From Candidatus Saccharimonadota bacterium (GTDB lineage: Archaea > Micrarchaeota > Micrarchaeia > Micrarchaeales > Micrarchaeaceae), in assembly GCA_963698035.1 (NCBI GenBank), contig OY969114.1:210001-242000 (forward strand): a stretch of DNA of 32,000 nucleotides, given 5' to 3'. A program made the position numbers and the translations under genes. The notes below the pieces were generated by a model. It had not been told where the DNA came from. It did no database searches and was given only the letters and a program-made list of their open reading frames with translations. Below, one piece after another: positions 24,253 through 31,703 of this stretch; position 1 is the first letter of the stretch, and every line of letters begins with the position of its first letter.

Positions 24253-24759
24253 TTACCACGGTACCTTCTTAAGCTTCAGCCTGTGCGCGCCCATGTTTGT
24301 AAGTAGGTGCAGCACGCCTGTAAGAATTATAAGGAATACAATCCCGTAGATACCGGGCTGGTGACCCAACGGCAGCGTGAATATAAGAGCGAAGATGAAG
24401 AAGCCATACTGATCTAATATAGGGATGCTCCTTCCGGGCTTCACGTTGAACCTTCTCTTTATGAAGCTGCCGAAGAGGTCGCCGAATATCGCCCCTATTG
24501 AGAGGAGCACAGCTATCGGCAGCATGAAGCTCAGGAACGGGAATTCGATTACACCGACGAGTATTCCACATGTCAGACCCGCAAGAGTGCCGACAACTGT
24601 TTTATTGTTTCCAAAAATTCTCCTTCCGCCGATCTTCCTGCCCCTGTCGAGCGGCCCGCCCCTGCCACCGAAGAGGACCGGAGCCCCGTTCGCAGCGTAT
24701 GCAGGGAAGATGTATATTATCGGGTAGAGTATTATGGAATAAATGAGATAGTAGTACAA
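24253..24759 (-). CDS. carS: CDP-archaeol synthase (CDP-2,3-bis-O-geranylgeranyl-sn-glycerol synthase, DUF46 family)
   Basis: 168 aa with 5 TM helices. Contains FPAYAANGAPVLFGG..GGPLDRG...GGRRIFGNNKTVVGTLAG and GDLFGSFIKRR, the conserved CarS blocks. The only possible start is TTG 24759, 12 nt after the abiEii stop. Confidence 0.75.
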   Translation of the reverse strand: MYYYLIYSIILYPIIYIFPAYAANGAPVLFGGRGGPLDRGRKIGGRRIFGNNKTVVGTLAGLTCGILVGVIEFPFLSFMLPIAVLLSIGAIFGDLFGSFIKRRFNVKPGRSIPILDQYGFFIFALIFTLPLGHQPGIYGIVFLIILTGVLHLLTNMGAHRLKLKKVPW

Positions 24760-24771
24760 TTGAACACCGCG

Positions 24772-25584
24772 CTATGCACGCTCTATTGAGTCGTATATTG
24801 CTTTTCTCACATCTTTATATCCAATGTACGTGCTTGTAAGTTGGCTTATTTCCTTTTCCCATACACGACCGATTGATGCTAGTCTCTTGATGAATATGGA
24901 TTTTATAAAATGCTCGTCACCCCTTTTGCCATACAGTGAGAGTTTCCTGTTGACAAGTCCCATATCTATCTTTACCTTGTATTTCACTAGCATTATCCAT
25001 AAATCATAGGCATCTCTCGCTACAGCCCTCTTTCTTTCCAGTATCGCGCCGATCTTGTCAGCAACCAGCTCTTCTGGCTGCTCCGAATAAAGATAGTACG
25101 GCCTTATGTCATCGTAAATTGGCACCCTGCGCATGAGCGCTGGTTTCATGAGGGGGAATGCGTATGTGTTTATATCGATGCGTATCGTCTGCTTTGCCTG
25201 ATTGTTGTGCACTGCATTGTATACCGGACCATCTAGTTTCAGTTCGTATTTTAGTATGTTCCGGTACTCCTCCAGCGTGAAACCTGTCTGATAATAGTCA
25301 TTCATGCGGTTTATCGCTTTCCCCACCTGTTCCTTTACAACACCTTTTTCCGTTGGCTCCATCAAAACAAAGTCGAGATCTTCCGAGAACCTGCCCGTGG
25401 CGTAAAGCTTGGAAAGTGCTGTACCGCCCCTAAATACGAGCATCCTGACAGGCTTAACCGAGAAAAGGTTAAGCAGCAGCATCTCCTGAAGGTAATCTTT
25501 TTCGGCTTGCGCTGGCGTGATAAAGCCGAGGCTGACCGTATAATCTCTCCATTTTTGGAGTTCCTCTTGTTTTGCGCCAGCCAT
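24772..25584 (-). CDS. abiEii: AbiEii/AbiGii-family nucleotidyltransferase toxin (type IV toxin-antitoxin, DUF1814)
   Basis: 270 aa. Contains FRGGTALSKLYATGRFSEDLDF, which matches the family's GGTAL and R.SeDlDF nucleotidyltransferase motifs. Low GC. Confidence 0.8.
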   Translation of the reverse strand: MAGAKQEELQKWRDYTVSLGFITPAQAEKDYLQEMLLLNLFSVKPVRMLVFRGGTALSKLYATGRFSEDLDFVLMEPTEKGVVKEQVGKAINRMNDYYQTGFTLEEYRNILKYELKLDGPVYNAVHNNQAKQTIRIDINTYAFPLMKPALMRRVPIYDDIRPYYLYSEQPEELVADKIGAILERKRAVARDAYDLWIMLVKYKVKIDMGLVNRKLSLYGKRGDEHFIKSIFIKRLASIGRVWEKEISQLTSTYIGYKDVRKAIYDSIERA

Positions 25585-25589
25585 GCATA

Positions 25590-26225
25590 TCAGCTCTTAA
25601 CAACCATCTCGTCCTCCTTCATCTCCGCGGTTAAATCCATTATCAGTATTTCACCTCTATGGGTTGTTGCCTTAGACCTCATGAGTTTCAAGAATTTCAT
25701 TAGGCGTCCAACATTAAGCTTGCCCTTTTTGTAAGCGGCGGATGCCGCCTCCAGTACGTATGCTTCAGGAGGGTTTTTTAAATAAAGGGCGTCCGCGATG
25801 GCTTTTTCGACTTCTGCAATAAATGCGCCACTCTCCTTGTCCCTGTGGAATCCAAAGAACCTTCCCTTGCCTATGGTTATAAATCTTATCGTGAAACCGT
25901 CCAAATTGATTATTTTTTTATGCCGCCTTGTAGTGATAACATCGGTTATTGTTGGTGTCTGCGTGGTCAGGTCGTAGTACCTGAAGGCGGAAAATAGGCT
26001 TATGTACGACGGATATATTATATTTGATGCTATCGTGTATATGTCGCTGCCTGGCAGGTAATAAACGCCGCGCTCCGCCTTGCGTATAAGGTTGGCCTTG
26101 ACCAGCCTGTGGGCAACCAGGGAGGCATACGGGATGTCAACGCCAGTTATCTGAGCCAGTTCGTATGTGCTAAAAACCCTGTTGCCGGTCTGGCTCAGCA
26201 GGTTTAGCAGCTCTATCGCCTTCAT
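25590..26225 (-). CDS. abiEi: AbiEi-family antitoxin / winged-helix transcriptional regulator (COG5340-like)
   Basis: 211 aa. N-terminal wHTH-like region (VFSTYELAQITGVDIPYASLVAHRLVKANLIRKAERGVYYL). The gene lies 5 nt upstream of the abiEii start, the canonical gene order. Low GC. Confidence 0.7.
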   Translation of the reverse strand: MKAIELLNLLSQTGNRVFSTYELAQITGVDIPYASLVAHRLVKANLIRKAERGVYYLPGSDIYTIASNIIYPSYISLFSAFRYYDLTTQTPTITDVITTRRHKKIINLDGFTIRFITIGKGRFFGFHRDKESGAFIAEVEKAIADALYLKNPPEAYVLEAASAAYKKGKLNVGRLMKFLKLMRSKATTHRGEILIMDLTAEMKEDEMVVKS

Positions 26226-26252
26226 GTTATCAGTAGGGTTAACGCAGAAAAG

Positions 26253-26295
26253 ATATTTATACTTTGTGTATATTTGTTTATCGTATTTGATAAAC
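26253..26295 (-). promoter_or_regulatory. abiE promoter region: TATA-like box plus inverted repeat
   Basis: The minus strand reads ataaatat (26253-26260), 28-35 nt upstream of ATG 26225. The inverted repeat GTTTATC-N6-GATAAAC (26276-26295) lies just upstream of it. Confidence 0.35.
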
Positions 26296-26331
26296 TAAAT
26301 GTGTCAAAATTTATACCTCTTCGCCGTGCAC

Positions 26332-28989
26332 CTATTTTATGCTCCCTTCTGCGATCCTGTCGGAGCCGCCTCCGGTGAGGGTCTTGCCGCTCTTCGATGC
26401 ATACTCCCTTAGCAGCTCTATCGCGATCTTGCCCGACTTGCTGCCGGCTATGCAGACCGCATCGCCGCTTTTGTTCGAGAGCAGCACCGCCGCCTTCTCA
26501 TTCGCCTCAATCATCATGTTTGCGATCTCCCTCAGTGTCTGCCTGCTGTAGTCGAGCTCCTTTGTTATCACGCCTGCGGGTTTGGAGACGCCCAATCCCA
26601 TGTATCTGCCGAGGTCCTCAGCGAGCCTCCTGTTCTCCTTCCTTGCGCGTTGCGCCTCCTCCATCCTGTCTTTGATCCCATCGTTGAGCTTGTCGAGGTC
26701 CAGCGATGACAGCCTTGCAATGTTCCTCAGGGTAGCCTCCATCTCGTTTATCTTGTCGAGCGCGGCAGGCCCTGCCACGAACTCTATTCTGTCTATCCCA
26801 TCGTGCGGCCTCGAGGTAGATATTATTTTTATCAGTCCTATCAGCGTCTCCCTTCCTACAATGTGCAGCCCTCCGCATGCCTGCGCGTCTATCAGGTTGC
26901 CGTCGAGGTCCCAGATAGAGATTATCCTGAGCCTGCGAGCAGGCACACCGTGCCCTTGATATATTGTAAATCCGTACCTTGATTCTGCCTCTCCCCTTTC
27001 GAGTTCCTCCGCCTTCACTTTTATGCCGCGTAGGATGAACATGTTCGCCATGTCCTCTATACTTTTTACCTGCTCGTCTGTGAGCTTCTCATAGTGCGCG
27101 ATGTCTATGTGCGCCTTGTTGGGCGTCTTCTTGGCGCCCTCCTGCCATGCATGGCTGCCCAGTATTTTCCTTCCAGAGGCATTTATCAGGTGCGTGGCCG
27201 TGTGGTGTGCCATCAGTCTTATTCTTCTGTCTACATCTACCCTGCACTCGACGCTTGCGCCTTCCCTGAACGTTGGTTTGAATTCCAGCTCGTGTACTAT
27301 GACATTACCTACGTATTCGACTCTCTTTATTTTGATGCCGTTTATCGTGCCGAGGTCGCACTCCTGGCCGCCACTCTCCGCGTAGAATGGCGTCCTGTCA
27401 AGGACGACCATGTTGCCTTCGATTCGCAACACCTTCGATTTGGACTCGGAGGCGAAGTCGTAGAATAGGGTCTTGGTTGCCTTGAGCCCCTCCGCGCTTA
27501 TCGGCAGTTTGACCTCGTGCTGCTTCTCCCTTGCCGCGAAGTCACCCCTCATTATCTTGGTGTAGAGCTCGTCCGGCAGGTCCAACGCCATCCCCTTCTG
27601 CTTTGCGATCTCCGAGACGAAATCCGGGGTTATCCCGTTGCTCTCGTAAAGGGTCCTCATCCTTTCGGGGGTTAGCTGCTCCCTCTTTTCGACTATCGAT
27701 GTGACAATCTTCAGCGCAGACTGCTTTGTGTTTGCGTACCTCTGCCTCTCTATAGACACAACCTCGTTTATTTCTGGTATGCTCTCCTCCAGTCCCTTGT
27801 AGAGGTTCTTGACCTGCGAGGCCTCGATCTCCATCAGCTTGATTATGTCTATCGTTATCCCGTATCTCTCTATGAAGTCAAATATCCTCCTGAGTATTAT
27901 GCGGAGGTTGTATCCACCGCCGACATTGCTCGGCAGCGCGCCGTCGCTTATCGCAAAGAGCAGGCTCCTCGCATGGTCTGCAATCGCATACGCTGCCTGC
28001 ATCGGCCTTATGGTTGAGTGGTACTCCTTCGTCGATACCTTAGCCCTCTTTATTATCTCGCGTTCCTCGTCGCCCTTCATCTCGGTCAGGTCGACCTTAC
28101 CGAGAACTGACGCAAGCCTCGAGTACAGTACGTGATCCCTCTTGAACGGGGCGTTCTTGTAGATGTAGCTGAGCTCGTTGGGGAATATCGCATCGTAGAC
28201 CGTCTGCGCACCAGTGTAATACCATATGAGGCGCTCGAATCCCCATCCAACGTCAACAACCTTACCCTTCAGCTCCTCTGTCTTGCCGTTCTCGTACTTG
28301 AACTCGGTGAAGACGTTGTTTCCCAGCTCCAATCCCTTTGAAAAGAAGTCGAGGCAGGGGCCGAACTCGGAGAAGTCTCCCATCGCCCAGACGCCCTCTA
28401 TGTAGGTGAGATCGGTGCTCTTTATCCCGAGGATCTTTGTAAGCAGCTGGTAGTTGAGGTCTATGCACCTGTCGCGCCAGTATCCCTTCTTCGGGTAATC
28501 AAAGGCGTGCTGGCCAGCCATCATGAATGATGTTAGATGCCTTCCCGTCACTCCCACGTTGGACATGTCATTGAAACGCATGCAGATCTGCGGCACCACG
28601 AGGGGGTTCTCGTTGTATTCGAAGCTCAGCTTCCCGTTCTCTATCCTCTGGAAGTCCTGGATGCTCGCTATCGTGAAGTAGAGGTCGGGCCTCCATCTGC
28701 TCACCACAGGGTACCTCTCTATTATCGCGTGACCATTCTTCTTGAAGAATCCTGCGAACTTGTTCCAGAATTCTTCGTAGCCTACGCTCCTCGGTTTCTT
28801 GCTTATGAATGAATAGGATTCGTGCTCTGGTTCACCACACAATTCTCTCGATTCGTCGGCAGTCCAGAAGAATTTCTTGCACACCTTGCACTGTTTTCTA
28901 ATGAAGCCCTCCTTATCGAAGAGCTTCGTCGAGTAGTACCTCTTCGGCTCCTTTGAAAAGTCCCTCCTTAGTTGATCTTTGCTGAGCAT
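26332..28989 (-). CDS. alaS: Alanyl-tRNA synthetase (archaeal type)
   Basis: 885 aa. N-terminal Cys-containing segment CKVCKKFFWT...CGEPE; editing-domain motifs HHTATHL and CGGLH. Confidence 0.95.
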   Translation of the reverse strand: MLSKDQLRRDFSKEPKRYYSTKLFDKEGFIRKQCKVCKKFFWTADESRELCGEPEHESYSFISKKPRSVGYEEFWNKFAGFFKKNGHAIIERYPVVSRWRPDLYFTIASIQDFQRIENGKLSFEYNENPLVVPQICMRFNDMSNVGVTGRHLTSFMMAGQHAFDYPKKGYWRDRCIDLNYQLLTKILGIKSTDLTYIEGVWAMGDFSEFGPCLDFFSKGLELGNNVFTEFKYENGKTEELKGKVVDVGWGFERLIWYYTGAQTVYDAIFPNELSYIYKNAPFKRDHVLYSRLASVLGKVDLTEMKGDEEREIIKRAKVSTKEYHSTIRPMQAAYAIADHARSLLFAISDGALPSNVGGGYNLRIILRRIFDFIERYGITIDIIKLMEIEASQVKNLYKGLEESIPEINEVVSIERQRYANTKQSALKIVTSIVEKREQLTPERMRTLYESNGITPDFVSEIAKQKGMALDLPDELYTKIMRGDFAAREKQHEVKLPISAEGLKATKTLFYDFASESKSKVLRIEGNMVVLDRTPFYAESGGQECDLGTINGIKIKRVEYVGNVIVHELEFKPTFREGASVECRVDVDRRIRLMAHHTATHLINASGRKILGSHAWQEGAKKTPNKAHIDIAHYEKLTDEQVKSIEDMANMFILRGIKVKAEELERGEAESRYGFTIYQGHGVPARRLRIISIWDLDGNLIDAQACGGLHIVGRETLIGLIKIISTSRPHDGIDRIEFVAGPAALDKINEMEATLRNIARLSSLDLDKLNDGIKDRMEEAQRARKENRRLAEDLGRYMGLGVSKPAGVITKELDYSRQTLREIANMMIEANEKAAVLLSNKSGDAVCIAGSKSGKIAIELLREYASKSGKTLTGGGSDRIAEGSIK

Positions 28990-29865
28990 TCAGACACCAA
29001 GTTTCTGCTGTGGCCACCAGACCTTGCACTCCTTGCCGAAGAAGGCGCAGAAGTTGCACTTCCACTTCTCGTCCTGCGGCACGGGCATCGCCGCTCTCTC
29101 GCCCTTCCAGTACTTCATAGTGAACTGCAGCATCGTTGACATCTCCTCATCGGTGTAGTTGACCTTCTCAAGCTTTATCTGCTTTCCTGAATACTGGTTT
29201 ATATACCTTATATAAAGCGTGTCGCTTATCCTGCCCAGCTTCTCCGCCGCCGAGAAGAAAGCATCCGTGATCGGCTCCAAGCCGAGAAGGTCGCGGGCTA
29301 CCTGCATGCTCTCCAACTGCCTGGTGAACTCTGACGTTATCTTGAGCGAGGAGGTCCTGTACGCATTCCTGAAACTGACCGCGCTGTAGCGCGCTGCGCT
29401 CATGTCGTCGAGAAGCTTCCTGTAGAGCATGACCTGCGCCTTGTGCGTCAGTATCTGGGCATCGCTCGGTATGTTGTCGTTGCTCCGCGTCTTGTCCTCC
29501 TGCACCACGACCTCGTTGTCCTTTATCTCGAGCTGATCTATCTTCCCTACAATTTTGAATCCGTCTATGTCCCCATAGACCTGCACTTCTCGCGTCTTGC
29601 GGTTCTGCTTCAGCGCCTCCAACGCCATGTAGCTCGTGAAGAGTCCTCTGTAGAGGACATCCGCGTAGCTCTTCGGCATGAGCACTATCGGCACGTTCGT
29701 CTCGCTCTCCATCTGGTCGTGCATCTGCCTGCCTTTCATTATCTCTGCGGTTATCTTCTGCCCGTAAATGTAGTTGAGTTCCATCTGCTTCTCGCACCAG
29801 TATTGCGACGCTATGTCAGATGCGCGTATGCTCGACTTCTTCAACCTAGCGAGTGCATTCAACAA
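28990..29865 (-). CDS. PD-(D/E)xK nuclease with a 4-Cys Fe-S cluster arrangement (Cas4 / exonuclease V-like)
   Basis: 291 aa. One N-terminal Cys (SQYWCEKQ) and a C-terminal CNFCAFFGKEC. Nuclease core GKIDQLE...VVQEDKT followed by HKAQVMLY (Q..Y motif). TTG start at 29865. The stop codon abuts the alaS ATG (TGAATG). Confidence 0.7.
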   Translation of the reverse strand: MLNALARLKKSSIRASDIASQYWCEKQMELNYIYGQKITAEIMKGRQMHDQMESETNVPIVLMPKSYADVLYRGLFTSYMALEALKQNRKTREVQVYGDIDGFKIVGKIDQLEIKDNEVVVQEDKTRSNDNIPSDAQILTHKAQVMLYRKLLDDMSAARYSAVSFRNAYRTSSLKITSEFTRQLESMQVARDLLGLEPITDAFFSAAEKLGRISDTLYIRYINQYSGKQIKLEKVNYTDEEMSTMLQFTMKYWKGERAAMPVPQDEKWKCNFCAFFGKECKVWWPQQKLGV

Positions 29866-29965
29866 ACAAATCAGCCCGCCTACCTATCGTCACAGCCATT
29901 GCTCGGAGATTACCTCGTTCATCACTGCTTATCAGTTGCTGATTACATCTATAAATAATGTAGAG

Positions 29966-30604
29966 TCAGGATGCGGCACTGCTGCGTCTGCCCATTTTTC
30001 TCATTGAGAAGTGGTATATCAGATAGATGACAACCACAAAGACTGCTATTGCGAAGAGCACGACCAGTCCGCTCTTCGCCGAAAGGAAGTAGAACCCGAA
30101 TGCCATCAGCACGACATCCCATATGAAGGTCCCTGCTATCGAGTATGCAAAGAACCTCTTCGGTGCCATCCTCGCGAAGCCTGCGGGGAAGCTCATCCAC
30201 GTCCTTACTATTGGAATCATCCTAGATACGAAGACAGTTGTGTTGCCATTTCTTGCGAACCAGTCGTCGAACCTGTCGAGCGACTCCCTCCTTATGTGGA
30301 AGAGGTGCAGATGCTTGTAGACGACCTCTTTTCCAAGGAAGTAACCTATGTAGTAGTCGATCGCGAGGCCTCCTATACTGCCGAGCAGCGCGGCCGCCAG
30401 TGCAATGTAGAAGTTCATCAGCCCTTTCTGGACAAAGAGCCCCGCAAGGGGCAGCACCACCTCGCTCGGCACCGGCAGGGACGAACCCTCAAGGAGCATC
30501 AGGCCAAATACGGCGAAGTACCCATATAGATGGAAGAGGCTGGTTATCGTCGCGTACGACGCGGTGAAGAGCTGCATGAACGTTGAGACTATGTCGAAAA
30601 GCAA
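29966..30604 (-). CDS. DedA/SNARE-associated family membrane protein
   Basis: 212 aa. Contains FGLMLLEGSSLPVPSEVVLPLAG, typical of DedA. TTG start at 30604, with an alternative ATG at 30577. Confidence 0.8.
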   Translation of the reverse strand: MLFDIVSTFMQLFTASYATITSLFHLYGYFAVFGLMLLEGSSLPVPSEVVLPLAGLFVQKGLMNFYIALAAALLGSIGGLAIDYYIGYFLGKEVVYKHLHLFHIRRESLDRFDDWFARNGNTTVFVSRMIPIVRTWMSFPAGFARMAPKRFFAYSIAGTFIWDVVLMAFGFYFLSAKSGLVVLFAIAVFVVVIYLIYHFSMRKMGRRSSAAS

Positions 30605-30637
30605 TGGAACACCGGCAAGTCTATTTTGCTCGGCTAA

Positions 30638-30645
30638 ATTAAATA
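30638..30645. promoter_or_regulatory. Shared TATA-like box between dedA and pelota
   Basis: attaaata lies 33-40 nt upstream of Pelota ATG 30678 and 34-41 nt upstream of dedA TTG 30604 on the other strand. Confidence 0.4.
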
Positions 30646-30677
30646 CTTTCGATGCACTGCATAATCAAGTGCTGAAG

Positions 30678-31703
30678 ATGAAGGTAGTAAAATTCTATGA
30701 AAGCAGCGGAGCGCTCAAGCTGAGAGCGGACAGCATGGAGGACCTCTGGGCTATACAGAGGATAATCTTCGTGGGCGACCTCGTCAAGTCGGAGAGCGTG
30801 AGGCGTTTCAAGGGCAGCGAGAAGGACACCGGCGAGCTCAAAGACGTAGTGATAAGGCTGAGGGTTGAGAAGACCGAGCTCGACAAGAATGCCGCGCGCC
30901 TGAGGATAATGGGAAAGATAGTGGAGGGGAGACCCCTCGAGTATATCAGGCTGAACAGCTACCACACCCTCAACATAGCGCCCGGTGATACTCTTGAGAT
31001 AACCAAAGTGGAGTGGCACGATTACCTGATACAGGTGATAAAGAACGCGGTGAGGGACTCGAAGAAGCCGAGGCTTGGCATAATAGCGCTCGATGACGAG
31101 AAGGCGCTTCCCGCATACCTCTATGGCTACGGGATCGACTTCAAGGATGAGATATACAGCAGACTAAGCAAGAGGATGAGCCCGAAGGACTTCGCTGAGC
31201 AGCAGGTGAAGTACTTCAACGAGCTTATCAAGCTTGCTGGGGACATGAGCGCCGACATAATAGTGATGGCGGGCCCGGGTTTCACCAAGGACGAGCTGAA
31301 GAAATATGCGGAGACGAAGGGGCTCCTGAAGAAAATCCCGAAGAGGTTTTTCTTCTTCAAGATAAGCAACGTGGAGCGGTCCGGGATCTACGAGCTCATA
31401 AGAAGCGAGGACGTCTCGGAGCTGCTGGAGGGCGAGAGGATAAGACAGGAGTTCAGGCTTATGGCCGAATTCCTTGAAGGGCTTGGCTCGGGAAGGTCAA
31501 AGTCGGGCGAGAAGGAGGTCAAGGAGGCGATAGAGAACTACTCAGCAAAGACGATACTTGTCAATGACTCTGTGCTGAGCGACCAGAAGATGAAGGAGCT
31601 GCTCGCTCTTGCTGAGAAGGCAGGGCTGAAGATAGAGATATTTAACTCCGAGGACGAGCTCGGCAGGCAGCTGCATTCATTCAAGGATGTAGCCTCGATC
31701 TGA
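30678..31703 (+). CDS. pelA: Pelota (Dom34-like mRNA surveillance / ribosome rescue factor)
   Basis: From ATG 30678 the protein begins MKVVKFYESSGALKLRADSMEDLWAIQRIIFVGDLV, a typical Pelota N-terminus. The ORF-track start at 30564 adds 38 non-conserved residues and overlaps dedA. Confidence 0.9.
   Translation: MKVVKFYESSGALKLRADSMEDLWAIQRIIFVGDLVKSESVRRFKGSEKDTGELKDVVIRLRVEKTELDKNAARLRIMGKIVEGRPLEYIRLNSYHTLNIAPGDTLEITKVEWHDYLIQVIKNAVRDSKKPRLGIIALDDEKALPAYLYGYGIDFKDEIYSRLSKRMSPKDFAEQQVKYFNELIKLAGDMSADIIVMAGPGFTKDELKKYAETKGLLKKIPKRFFFFKISNVERSGIYELIRSEDVSELLEGERIRQEFRLMAEFLEGLGSGRSKSGEKEVKEAIENYSAKTILVNDSVLSDQKMKELLALAEKAGLKIEIFNSEDELGRQLHSFKDVASI

Noticed and set aside
29168-29797. 209-aa same-strand alternative-frame ORF inside the nuclease gene
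   Set aside because: The product is Arg/Asp/Glu/Ala-rich and low-complexity, whereas the other frame carries coherent PD-(D/E)xK and Cys motifs.
28990-29865. Cas4-like nuclease as an indicator of a CRISPR-Cas locus
   Set aside because: No cas1/cas2 genes, effector genes or repeat-spacer array occur anywhere in the window. The gene is operonic with alaS.
30011-30529. 172-aa ORF antisense to dedA
   Set aside because: The DedA frame shows the family motif and TM helices. The antisense product is charged, low-complexity and without any signal.
30564-30677. Upstream extension of Pelota (ORF-track start at 30564)
   Set aside because: The 38 extra residues are not Pelota-like and overlap the dedA 5' end. 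They would also place the TATA-like box (30638-30645) inside the gene. ATG 30678 gives the canonical N-terminus.
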